Below are positions 48,401 to 61,208 of a stretch of 64,000 nucleotides of DNA, one piece after another. Within the stretch, counting starts at the first letter, position 1, and each line of letters starts with the position of its first letter. The notes under the pieces were generated by a model. That model saw only the letters and a list, made by a program, of their open reading frames with translations, had not been told where the DNA came from and ran no database searches. The DNA comes from Takakia lepidozioides (lineage: Eukaryota > Plantae > Bryophyta): positions 47,182,001 to 47,246,000 of the forward strand of contig CM060732.1 of the NCBI GenBank assembly GCA_030704615.1, read 5' to 3'. The translations under genes were made by a program, and so were the position numbers.

Positions 48401-51400
48401 CTTCCTTGTCCACCAGGTGTGTATTGCCCTTACCACGGTTCGTGCTACTACATTTCAGTTCCTGGTGGTTCTTAACAATGTCCCTGGTGTTGTTCTCATT
48501 TCATTTCTTGTCACGGCCACATTTCACAATGCCGATGTTGGTGTGCAGGTTGTCTTGACTACGGGGGATCCAGCCTACATGACAAACTTGAGGCTACCCG
48601 ACAAATCCTCCATGAGGTCCACATTGAGAGGCTCGCAAGGGATGAGGCACGTTTCTGCAATGCCAAGTGTGGACATAAGGAGGCGGCTGTCCTTGAACCG
48701 CAGTCAAGCGCACTCGTTCACCTGAGTACAAATACAAACATGGGGACACTCATTTTGGCCGCTAACATAGCATGCAATTCCACACCTTCTGATGAGGCCA
48801 ACAATGTCGTGGTAGAACATGTGCTGTCGGATCATGTCCTCCCTCAAGCCCAAACGATCTTGCCTGCTGAAGAAACTTGTGGCGACATACAGTGCCCACA
48901 ACCAGGTCCCATGACTCAACTTGAAATGGAACTAAGCGCCACTCAGGTATTTCCTGGATTGTGTCGACCGCCTCCCCCTGTGGCCTCTTTCACTTCAGAA
49001 CAAACCCTCTGTGACATAACTGAGTTCCAAAGTCCACCACCCCTTAATATGCGATGTCCCACTGATGAAGGTGCTATTGTACATGCAGTAAGCATTGTTG
49101 GATCTTCCGTTACCCCAGCTACCTCAGTGCTTAAACATGGGACAGAGCCTCCCACCCCCAATGCGATGGTTCTCGCATTGCCTTCGCCCATGCGACCTTA
49201 CCAAATCTTGTTTGATGGTGCTGATACACCTCACAGTACAGAGGCTACTACACGATTTCATGGTGATGTACACGGCAACGTCCGGGCATTGAATAAAAAT
49301 GCAACCACTGCCACCTTTACCAAACCCAAGCCCATCCATACCATGGTTGCTGCCAAGGCAAAGGATGTGTTGCCCCAACCAGCACTTGCATTGCAGCGCA
49401 ACAAAACCATGTCCAGGTATCCAGTGCCATTGTGGTTTTTTTTAATGTTAACGGTCTCTCCTCTCCAAATTGGAAATGGTGTATGTACGACGTTGCACAT
49501 GCATTGACATATTGGGCTCTTGGATGTGCAGGATACATGAAGGCCTCGAAAACGTATTGTGAGTTGCAACGCGTGTGCACCTTTTTTCATGCATGATATG
49601 GTATACCTTCCATCCACAGTTTGCAAGTGGCCCGCATGTGCATAATTATGTGGGCGGATTCTCATAGCAATGAGGTATGTGCCTTTTTTGCAGGCGGGGC
49701 AGTGGTGCAGTGGTGGCAAAAACACATGACATATGGTTTTTGAAGGGCTCTCGGGTTTCGCAAGTTCCTCTTAGACTAGAAGATGCAGATGACTTGCTCT
49801 CTGCAAGGGGGTGGATTAGTGACCGTCTGATGGACTTCTGGGTGTCAGTTAAAATACTTTCTCTTCCTGAACATGTGTGCAATAAAATCCATGTTGTAGA
49901 TAGCTTCACATGGATATGCCTTCACGATCATTGTGCAAAGCAGGCAAATAAAGTCGACTCTGTGGGGATTTGGATGCAAAGACGGTTCCCCTTCTTCAGG
50001 AGTGAGGGTGTTGAAGCCCTTATTGTGCCAATTTTATGCAAGTGAGTACAATGTGTATGCATTTCTACCTTCTTGTTGCCGTACCTTTGAAGAAGGCCGT
50101 GCTCCATTGCTACATGTGGACTAACCTGCTGTTGTTGCCCCCTTGTGTAGTGACCATTGGAGTTTGGTTAGCTTGGAACCGTCTCGCTACCTTCACTTGA
50201 ATAGCATAAGAAGTTTGCACAAGTACCGTGCTTTCAAGCCATTGTTTGCTACTTTCTGGGCCATGGTCAGAGGAATCAGCCCAGGAAGCCCCCAGTGGAA
50301 GGATGCGACTGACCTCAAGCGGTGGTTCTGCCCACCTGTTCCACAGCAGGCCAACACATGGCAGTGTGGTCTGTTTGTAGCTCATTACATTGAGCTGTAC
50401 TTAGTGCAAACGTACTTGAATCCACAACATGGTGGTGCAGGCCCGGTAAGAGGCAGCTGCTCGTGGTTTACATGATCATTTGCTGCTTGTTTTAGTTGTG
50501 GACGTTCATGTGCTCGCGCAATGTGCTGAATCCATGTATCAGTAGAATGAACATGAATATCCTTACGAAAATTGTATGAATTTCTAACAATGATCATTGC
50601 TTGTTCATTGTTTGCTTTTGCATTCTTTGTTCTTCTTTCTTTGCAGCTCACATCAGACTGCGCGAGAAAAGATATGAACTTCAAGACATGATTTTGCACG
50701 AGCTTGACGGTCACCCATCGCACGAGCCTCCATATGCAGTGCCCAAACCCCTATGCAAAGTTGGAGATTGCAACAGCCCTGTCCTCCCTGTGGCCACCAC
50801 TCTAGCTCCCCTCACACGCAGACGGTGTAAACGAGCCAGGAAAATCGCTTTGCGACATTGGATACAATTGGCTACAGAAAGTATTATTAATTAATTGTCT
50901 ACCTTTCTGCGTTGATTTTTGTGGTCCTTTGCTTCCCACAACTGTGTCTTATTCTTCTTACAGGCAGCACATTTCCGACCATCAGTGCACGTTCTCTGCT
51001 TTGTTTTGCAAGTTCGCTTCAGTCCCTCTTTCCTACCCCCAGTCAGCCCTTCTCTACATTGGGGTATGCTATTTCGGGATGTCTCCTCCTTCTCTCTAAT
51101 GTTTTCGATTCAAGGGCATGCTGTTCAACATGATGGCAGCCAATGGGATCCCCGTTGCCCCACAATTTGCTAACACTCACTTCACAGTGCCACATTACTG
51201 TTCCGTTTCCTTGCTTACATGTATTGTGCAATGACATAATGCCCAATACTTAAGACTAGGACTGTTTCAACAAGTATATGTTGACAAGCACTGGTAACTG
51301 GGGTATTTCAATGTAGCTCCCTGCATGCAACACATGCCTACATTGCATATAAAAGCAAGCCAGGAACTGCATGTAAAGGAAATTGGTAACACCCCGCATA

Positions 51401-51810
51401 TACCATTCCATGCAACAATCGTAAATGGGCACAATGCACACCCCAGTGCAATCAGTCTTCCTCGCAATCACATGAATGTTATTGTGCTGGTGCCAGTGTG
51501 GCAATTGGTCTCTCAACAATGATATTGAATATAATTCGTGCCGAGCACCTGTGCTCTACACGCCACGAGGTCCAGTGTGTTGCACAATGGTGAATCAACG
51601 AAGTGTAGGGTTCTCTATGCGTGCCATTCGGATTTCCATAGTGATACATACACAGAGGGCACCTGATATCAGGCTCGGAAATAAACTCCACAGCGGCATG
51701 ATGGTTGTCTATAATGCGCACCAACCGTGATTGCACCAACATACGAAATTCGGGACGTTGTGGTCCATACATTTCCATGTCTATGGCACAATGTTTGAAC
51801 ACATGGGCCT
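45479..51810. mobile_element. Large degenerate transposon-like segment starting with the shared GC-rich terminus and carrying zinc-finger ORFs and a Ulp1 protease
   Basis: Terminus shared with 2297; 'FKCIHCLKQYKDKKKLNIHRINGC' at ~46520; Ulp1 domain; a minus-strand Cys/His ORF at 51479-51856. No transposase seen and the right end is unresolved. Confidence 0.5.
49694..50475 (+). CDS. Ulp1/SENP (peptidase C48)-like protease exons
   Basis: 'GWISDRLMDFW..HVVDSF..LIVPI', then after an intron 'DHWSLV..HLNS..VPQQANTWQCGLFV'. Catalytic His, oxyanion Gln and Cys are present; the Asp position reads Asn. Confidence 0.8.
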
Positions 51811-51842
51811 CTCCATCCCCCCTCTCTCTTTGTCGTTGTCTT

Positions 51843-52460
51843 TCATTCAAACACATGAAAGGATTGAATATGCTGATGCTGAGACATTAGCTGGCGAATT
51901 TTGTCCCAAAGTGCGGCTCTAGGAACTGGTTCATTTGGGGCATAAATGTTAATGAAGCCAATTGGCTCAGAGTCATTGGGAAAGATGAGAGAGCAGAACT
52001 GCACTCCCCCTTCCTCCCAGACTTCGTCTTTAATGAGAAATTGCTTTATTGAGGGCGAGAGGAGGATGAATCTTCCAGTGTGCAATAGCGATGTCTTAAT
52101 GGAAATTGGAGACTGGAGAGGCAGGTTGTGAGGACCTAGAATTCGAGCAAAATCATCTTGTGAGGGCGGGTAGGTTATAGAGGGTAGGATCTTCCAAGAG
52201 GATTGGAGAGAAAGGATAAGAACGGAGGCATGGGATTTTGCATTTGCTTCGGAGTTTAGGATTGACATGGAAAAACAAAATAGGAATGGACCAAGCAGGG
52301 GATAGGGGGGATAGGGGACTCACAGAGAGCGGGAGGGATGCAGCTGGAGCAAGTGTTGGGGAAGGTAGAAGAGCATTGTGAACTGCAGGTTCGCTATGTA
52401 GCTGGGATGAGTGCGGCGTACTTTACTTGAACTGTTGAACATAGGGCATAATTCTGCCAG
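51843..52460 (-). mobile_element. Degraded L1-like LINE fragment
   Basis: 'IGFINIYAPNEPVPRAALWDKI' is typical of plant L1 endonucleases; the flanks are decayed. Confidence 0.6.
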
Positions 52461-55400
52461 TGCAGAATGTGATATTAAGAAAAAAACAAAAAAATATATT
52501 CCATTGCAAAGGATTAGGTGGAATGGGGTTTTCCAGACAAGGTATTCAAATTTACAAAGGACTGGTTTTTAGGAGAGGGTAGACAGAGAGAACACAATTA
52601 GAAGCTGTGGACTTAAACAACACCAGATCAGTTGTGAGCTGTACATTGTATGAAATCGGTATGACTGTTTTGCCTTCCTTTTAATCACACATCTGACATG
52701 CTCTCAATCTTCAGCCTCTTCGCGTTCAAATTCTAGAACCCAAGGCTAGCAATTTTTACAAGTGTCGCCATGTCTGCAGCGCTTTACTTCAAAGATGTTT
52801 GCTTCATCGCCTGATGTCATTGCATAGTTCAGTACAATAGAGGCCGCCTGCAACACAAAAATCCCAGAAAGCTGACTTAGAGAATGTCACTACTTTTGCT
52901 GCCATTTGCTTTCCTGCACTAGCCTGCTCTGTGCACAGCCCGAAGGACCATTGGCTGGTTCAAGGACTGATATCAGGATCACGCTGATTATTCAAACACA
53001 AGGCACAAACACCCAACCAGAGCCTCTTGTAAACTATCATCATCAGTTAAACAGCCAAAATCTATCCAGCTAAATTCCACCTGAACCCACGCAGCAAGCA
53101 AAGACCAAATAATTTGTCTGCTGTGACTACTAAACTTCCTTCCTTTGGGATGTCCTCTGCATTTAAGCACGAACCTCATACTTAAAAGGAGGGAAAGGAA
53201 ATCAACACATTTCTCCTGTTTCTAATTTGTTTGGAAGGGTTGCAGCCTGCAGGTATGGTTATCTATTATTGAGATACTGAATAGCAATAAGCAACCAAAT
53301 CTCATCCTCTTGCAATGTGGCCTACTTGTAAACAGTTCCAAAATAAGCTCTAGGATGAATTAAACAACAACATGCACTATGAAGAGAAGGAAAGAGTTCT
53401 CACCTTGTCCTTGCTGCCAAGCTTATACTTTGAGACCAGACCTTTCAAGTACTTGATATGCTGAGCCCACACAGCCAAAAACATTTCAAGATATCTAATG
53501 AAATTAGGTTCCCAGTCCCCTTCACATGATGCATTGTGCACCTAATTCCCTCAATGGAATCAACTCCATCAGGAGTCAAACCTCATTGTCAGACATGGTC
53601 CCTAAGATTTACAGGTACAGTACCTTTGTGTCAACAAGCTTTCAGCAAATAGCCCTGTGGTGGTGGGTAGGACAGCTGGAGGTCAGTGACTGGCCTCTAG
53701 CAACCCAGCTTCAAGTGATCCATAAAATCTGTAACCTATGATTACATGGATCGCTGGTCCTAGAAGAACTATGGGTCTGCTGGTGATATATGTGTGAACA
53801 AATGGGAATTAGAACTTACCCAATAACATATCCTAGGCTGACATGTCCTATGCCCTCTGGATAATACCTAAGCTGTCCTTCTTCTTCTTCTCTTCCTACA
53901 TGTTGCAGGAAAATTTCAGGTCAATAGTTTGGCAGCATACTAAGCAATCACTGAACAAAATGCACTGTATATGAACTCTACTTGCCATGTATTCTATTAC
54001 TCTGTCATGGCCTTAAGTCAATTAGCTTCTGAATTTAGGCGAGAGCAAGAGTGGAGTGCTTCATGAATACGACGGGATCTGGTTGACAAATTGTGACACC
54101 ATCAGGCCACGGAAGTGTAACAACATTACTGAGGGCAAGAGGCTATAGTTCCATCCAGCACCCCATCAAAGTAAGCATTGGCAAGCATTAGCTAGGAATG
54201 CACCTTCACCAATGTGCAGATTATTAACCAGTCAAAATCCCAAAATTTCAACACAACACACAGAAGAACAACGTTCATGAAGGAAACCAGGTTATAATGG
54301 TGGTCCAAACTAGAGAATGAGCACTTTCGTTGGGAAAAGGAACCAGAAAAGTTAGGTTGGGAAATCACCACATCGTCAAGTTTTTGAAAGCTTGTCACAA
54401 GGTCACTGTTGTCTTCAGTTGTGCTTTGCACCTGTCACCAGCAAGTTGCACCAATGAGAGATACAATGCACGACTAATCAACCAGAACTCTATACAGGCA
54501 GCCTGATCGAGCCGCTCAAACAGCCAGGCCAGGCGACCCTTGGACATATTGCAGACCAGCAGAAATCTGTGCAGAATTTCCTTCCCATACGTCAAGTTGT
54601 CTCACGTTGATCTTGCAACCTAGTTGGAAGATCTAACACTGTTGAGGTATCTTCAAGCACGAACCTTTGCTGAAATCGCTATGTCGTCATTCGACTGCTT
54701 CGCATACAGTATCACAATACGGAGTGCCTTGCCTGTGATGATCACCAGATCAAGAATGTTCAAAATTTCAGGACAAGACTACCTAGCTCTGGAAATATAT
54801 CAAGGGCACTGTAAAGACAAGGCTTACCTGCATTAGGCAGAGCGTATTTCTCTGCCATGGCCTTCAGCCAGTCAAGTGCCTCTCTTTTCAAGCTTAGAGA
54901 GACTCCCGTCTTCTCGCCCTCCATTTTAAACAAGCCTTAAGCAATATCCAGAGAAGAAGACAATTAGAGGCTACCTTGTTGCTTCAGCTATAGCTCCGAA
55001 CCCTGATAATCATACCAATCGTAACATCCATTGACAGCATAAACCTGATGTGTAGCTCAGATAACTCAATTCAAAGCATATCAATACGGATTGAGTTCCT
55101 TATCAACAACTGGATCATACCATGACTCAGTTCAAGCAATGCGGATTTCCCGGAAGGAGGGTGTACATTTTAGAGTTTCGGGCGTGCTTACGGTGTTTAT
55201 CACTGAGCCAAGACGAGGCAGAGGGTCCAAGTATTGTGAAGGCGTTTGCCAGGGAGATATGTGTGTGTAATTTTCATCACTAGACGGTTTCTATATGGAG
55301 CAAATCGAAACCACAATTCTACAGTCACCGGACAACCACGATGTCCAATTCACCGCTGATTGAAGGTGGTTGTAAGCCTAAGAATCTACGAGAGTGATGC

Positions 55401-56568
55401 AAAGTTGCATTTCTCAGAAGCTCACCTGGATAAGAACAGACACAGAATCATCCGCAAACTCCAGCGGCCTCCAAATCTCCACGGGCTCCTTTCTCGGATT
55501 CTCCAGGCTGTGACTTGACAGATCACTTCACAAAGGACCAAAGAAACCACTGATAGTGACGAACGAAAGAAATCGATGCACGAACAAAGCTAGGCCGAAC
55601 GGACAGGCTACCGGAACGAACGAGATACGCGAAGGGAAAATGATGGGCTCAGGGCCGGAAGCCCGTTTCTTGGTCTTGGACTGTAGCCTACAGTGGCACT
55701 TACTGTAGATCGCTGTAACAACATCAAAAACTTCATGATGGATCGTCACTTGGGTAGAGAGGACATCATGATAGGATCAAATCACTGGGACATTGGGAAA
55801 GTGTGCTGACTGGAGGGAGGTACACTGAAGTCCCACTTCCCGGAAACTGGGGGGTTGTTTCAGACCTCTATTATGGCGCTGCTGTATGCACCTTCTTTAT
55901 GCAAGACACGGCTCTGAGCATATTGGCTGGGCCTCCCTTCTGGGCTAGGTCTGAAGATTGTGGAGAATTCTCGTCTCAAAGATTGATTGTTACCTTGACG
56001 GTTTCAGCTGGTGCTTGAAATCCGCACAACCCCTTTGGTTGAAATCCGCACAGCCTCTTTGGTTGGAAACAGGTTTCCAACCAAAATTTATGAAGGCTTC
56101 ATGTTTGAGCTCGATTCTTTATAAGTTTTTCACCTTACTTTTTCGAAGCTTCTGTTGTCCTCCTCTACCCTTCTCCTGACGTACATAATTGCAACTCTTC
56201 GTCTAAGCTTCTGGGCTCTTCCTTGCTTGCCTATCCCCGCTGCACACTCGGCAATTCTGCAAAGTAAGGAAATTTTGAGTTTCATGAGTTTCTTGTGACT
56301 TGGATAATTTGGACGTTCACTCCAGCGATGGTGGGCTGGAAACCTTGGCTGCAGGTGATCTTAGTTTGATTGGCTGGAGTTTGAGTGAGGAGTTCTGATT
56401 GGGAGAGGGGCAGTTTTGATTACCTATGCGTAGTTAGGATCTTGTTTGACGAGAGGAACCTGCTACCAAGATACATGGGCTGGCTGTTTCAGAAGTCGAG
56501 ACTCGGAAAAAGTTTTGCTCACAAATGCCAGCGTCTGAGCCGAAAAGTTGTGGGCTGCTTCCACTGCA

Positions 56569-58581
56569 ATGGCGGTAATCGTACACACAGAAGGTATTTT
56601 CCACCGTCAAGATGGTTCTATGTTTCACTTTTCTACTCCTGACGGTCGATGTCAAAGAAACAAGTGGACTAGGAACTGTTTAGCATCCAGTTCAATCTTA
56701 TCCGCAATTTACAAACATTGCTGTCTACAGCATATGGATGTCAATGTGAAGGGACAGTGTTTTTGACCCTCCTTCCTTTTTCCTTGAAAGAAAACCAAGA
56801 TGCTTTGTATTGGCAGAAGACTACATAAGTATTGTCTACCTTCTTAACTGGTTCTTGTTTAGTGATTTGCCCCTGAACTGCTGATGCCATACTAAGCAAA
56901 TGTAGGCTATACTTGGTCTTCCAGCTATTCTTGCATTCTGGATATCTTCACCTCTCATAGCTCTCTCCTTTTTTTGGGAAAACAAAACAAGACACCTTAC
57001 TAACATCCCAAGTGTTGGGGCTAATTTGTTCTCTCTGCAGAATTGCTGAATGCCAAAGAAAATGTATTGAGGAAGATATCAGCCATGGATGCAGTGAGGC
57101 AGGTATTGCAGGCAGCCATGGTCAGGAGCTACAGCAAGTGTTTATGGATGACACATTGTGGAGTTCATTACCCAGTGATTTACTGGACAAAGTGCTGGCA
57201 TGTCTGCCCATTCCAGCCCTTTTCCGTGCACGTCTAGTGTGCAGAAGATGGAACGACCTTGTATACTCTCACAACTTTCTTCGAATCTGGTCAGAAACCG
57301 CGTACAAGTGGGGGTCCTGTCTCCCAGTATTTTTTATGAGTGATGGCGAAGAGTTGCTTTGGTCAGCATACGATTTCTCGTCAGAGAGGTGGCAGCAAAT
57401 GCCGCCTCCTCTGCCTGCTCTGGGGACACACAAGGACAACTTTTACGTGAGGGGGGCAGGAGGGCTCTTGTGTGTCGGCGTTTGGGGGAAACAAGAAATT
57501 GACACTCTCATTATTTGCAATCCTGTAACCAAGCATTGGAGACCTATTCCCCCACCTGCACACAAATGGCGACCATTCTTACTGCAATTGGTGGTGAATG
57601 AGACTACCAAGGCCTACAAAATCATACTGGCTGGGGATCTGGATGCCCGTTTGGGAAATCATACTCGTTACAGGTATGCTTTTATAAATCATATGCAAAT
57701 GTCCATTGATACTCTATTTTGCACCCGATTTGGTGCTTCAGGTATGTATATCTTGTCTGGTTTAGTTTGTAGCAGAACTTGACTGTACAAGGAAGGCAAA
57801 AGGACTCTTTTAATGTTTTACATTGTTATGCTGTTATGCAATTTGTAGTTCTGACAGACGCGGAAGTTGCCTGATTGCACTTTGGCCTGTGATCCATTCT
57901 ACTATAGAATCTTTCATAGGAAATTATGTCTCTGATTGCAGGAGGACTGAAGTCTATGACTCTTCATTAGGTTCTTGGATGGAGGCTGCGGGCCTGCCAC
58001 CGGACTTGTATATGGCTCTTGACTACGGTGTGTTCTCCAATGGGTTCCTGTACTGTGTAGCTCTCAGTGGATACACGGGTCTCCAGTTGGCTGGCATATT
58101 AGCATTCGATGTAGAGCACGGGGTGTGGAGGGATTCCCCATATGTACTTCCTGAACCTGCTGCCTCAGGCACCTCTTCAAGAGAGGCACGAGTTGTCGAG
58201 TGCAGGGGTAACATTGTCACCATTGTAGAGGAAATATGCCGAGAAAATGGCCAAGTGCAAGGTTCTGCAATCAGCATCTACCAGCTGGAGATGGTGTCAA
58301 AGCAGTGGATCAAGATTGCACAAATGCCACAGCCATTGTTCTTTGATTTATATGATAATTATGGGTCAGATGGCGAGGATATACTGATGGGATGTGTTGG
58401 ACAGGGGGATAAAATATGCATCATCAATAAGCTTAGTTGTGCAGTTGTAGTCTATGATGTCGCGAAACAATCATGGAGGGCGCTACCCAACTTCGACGAC
58501 AATCTCCATTGGAGAAGGCAGCAGTTTTATGTACAATCCATGGGCTTTTCTTTTGAAATGAGATTCGATGCACCAGTATAG
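56569..58581 (+). CDS. F-box protein with a kelch/beta-propeller-type C-terminus
   Basis: F-box 'LWSSLPSDLLDKVLACLPIPALFRARLVCRRWN', then 'GGLLCV..ICNPVTKHWR', 'TEVYDS..W', 'AFDVEHGVW'. Exons about 57041-57673 and 57942-58581; the first exon (~56569-56663) is tentative. Confidence 0.88.
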
Positions 58582-60359
58582 CATCCCAAGTTGGAGGCAA
58601 GTGACACATCAAAGCTTCCTCCAACTTGCACAACTTTTTAGTTGTGAAAAATGTATCAGACATTACTATCAACAGGAGCCCTTATACATTTGAACCTGTC
58701 TGCATTATATTTAGAGACTGCATGATAGTATGGGCTCTAACTTGGAGATTATAGTGTGCTGTGTATGAGAGGGTGATGTAGGCTGGCTATATGGAGGGGC
58801 AAAACAAAACTGGAGAACTTCTGAGTGTTTAGATGAAGAGTGCTTGATCAGGGGAATTCATGACATGATTGTCCCTCTTTCTGGGCCATGCATTCTTCAT
58901 CATGTAATACCTCACTCCGCCTGCCCCCACACAATGGAAAGTTATTTGCAAAATGCTATCTTGCACACTTCTATCCGGTCCTTCTGTGAGATACCATTTC
59001 ATTTTTGGTTCCTGTTGAGGAAAAGGACACCAAACTGCGACTGGGTTGTTGGTCAATGCCATGCCTGGCATTTCTGGAGCTTGTTTGCAAAACGCGATCG
59101 TTGTCAAGATCCTCACCCATCGCAGGGTTCCACTCCTGAGAAATATGTACTAGGTAGTTGTTAATGAGAGGGGTGATACCGCATATATACAGGCACCCTG
59201 GGCACACTGTCCCAGACACTTTGAGGGATAGTGCCGGGGATGCCCGGGCAAAAACTGCCCGCCCTACCACGTCCTCCGCACCACGTGAGCGCCCAGCCCT
59301 CGCGCTCCTCCCCTTTGACTCCCCGCTCCTCAGCGCCACCCGGGCGCATGGGGTCCGCCTGCCCCCAAGCAAGAGTATGGCTAAACCAGATTTAGCCATA
59401 CTCTTTTTAGACAGGGTAGGAAAAGTATATGAAATACACTAACTCCTAGGAGGGTATGGAAGTGTTGATGATGGTTGGGTTTAACCCTTAAGGGCCCAAG
59501 AGACCCGATTCAGGTTTTGAGGAAGTAAATTTTCTTCTCTACTTTTTGTAAATTTTAATATTTTTCAATGATAATTAATATTCTGGCAACATAGCTCACC
59601 TTCTCAAATTGACAGGAGTACATTTTAATAAATTCTCTGACCCGTAGATTTTCTAGAGAACGCAGGGGTCATAATATTGGAGCATGGGGAGGGGCCACAC
59701 AGAGTTGACCATCTGTGTGACGAGATATAATTGGCACACGTTTAGCCGTCAGATTGCCATATGCATGCCGGCGGTGGACTCTACACCCTGTCCATCCGCC
59801 ATAGAGGTTGAAAATCTATGTGGCCCTTCAACAGTCGCCGGAAAATCTCTACCGGAGTAGGTAATTTGCAGGCATGTAGGCAGGAAAGTAACTTGGCCCA
59901 CTCGGGGGCCCACATTTGTAGATTATACCATTGGATCTAGTTTCTTTTTTTCTAGGCTCACTATTGTATTACATGTCACACCCTCACCAGAGTGATTGAG
60001 TGAAACCTCTTTTTATCAAGGAGTGGATTTCTTGTGAGGGCTCACTTTGAATTAGTAAGCTATGGAGGATATTTTTCCCTCACCTCAAACACATACAAAG
60101 GACCCTAATAAAAGGAAAGGTTGTTTGATTTGAAACTTCCACAGTAGTTGGCTATGACGACATTCCACATTTCTATGTGGAAGACAGGAGCAGCAAAAAT
60201 TCCACCCATCACCGTTTGGTCAAAGCTCAAATTCTATACTTTGCATAATCCAAAAAAAAAAAACCCTCTCACTAAAACACTAAAATCTCTCATGATTTAT
60301 GGTGAATTTTTCCGCAATTTGATGAGTAGATGTATATGATAGACAAGATAAACCTGGTA

Positions 60360-60532
60360 AGTGTATTTTGTGGATCTCAACCTTCATCATCTGCTCATTC
60401 GGTCTTGCTTCACGACATGAAGCCTCGGAAAACTCCATTGGACAACACCACGTCTGATGGTTGCGAATCTGTGAGGGGTTTATCTTCATCTCCACGACTA
60501 GCAGGGGACGCTACATCTGCATTTCCTTCTGG
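60360..60532 (+). repeat. 173-bp direct copy of 61614-61786, from the transposase N-terminal region
   Basis: Near-identical sequence 'gtgtattttgtggatctcaacc...tttccttctgg' occurs at both positions. Confidence 0.92.
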
Positions 60533-61208
60533 CTAAAGCCTTAAAAAGGCCAAATTGGCCAAATCTGAAATGTGAACCTTTTTTATACACTGTGGCGTTA
60601 GTGCTGTTTGGACTACATGGGTTACACGTGGATCCTCAGAAGATGGTTGTACGATTGACATGTTACTTTGTGGCGGCGCCTTCATAATACAATATAAAGT
60701 AAGTGATAAAGTAACTAAATATTTTGTTATGGATGTCTTAATCAATTTATTGGTTTTAGAGTCAATTGTCGCCACAAATACTTGTACTCATTACTCATAC
60801 ATGAGTAATCAAAGAACAAATCAACATACATGTCATGGGATTTGATTGTAAATAAATTGTGTCGTCTAGTGTGTCAGTTCATAGTTGGACGATTAATCAA
60901 CGATTGGTTGTAAAATAAATGGAAACATGCAGAGCATTTATGTTTCATATGCTCATAAGAAGAAGGCAGTACATTGGATTCTAAGATCTCAACAACGGCG
61001 CCGTCGTCTTAAAAATAGGGGATAGTCCATTTAGTTGTTTCTGTCAGAGAATAATATGAATGGAGCACATGCCTCAAAAAATTTGGACCTTCTGGATTGA
61101 TGATACACATAAGTAATGTAAGCCATTTAATGTATTTGCATAAGGTCTTGCAAGATGTGCGCTTTCATTCATTTTGCATATTCTCTCAAACTTTGAGGGC
61201 ATTGCCAA

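Noticed and set aside
52500-55750. Possible spliced minus-strand gene divergent from the F-box gene
   Set aside because: Some splice-like signals, but no coherent ORF or recognisable domain.
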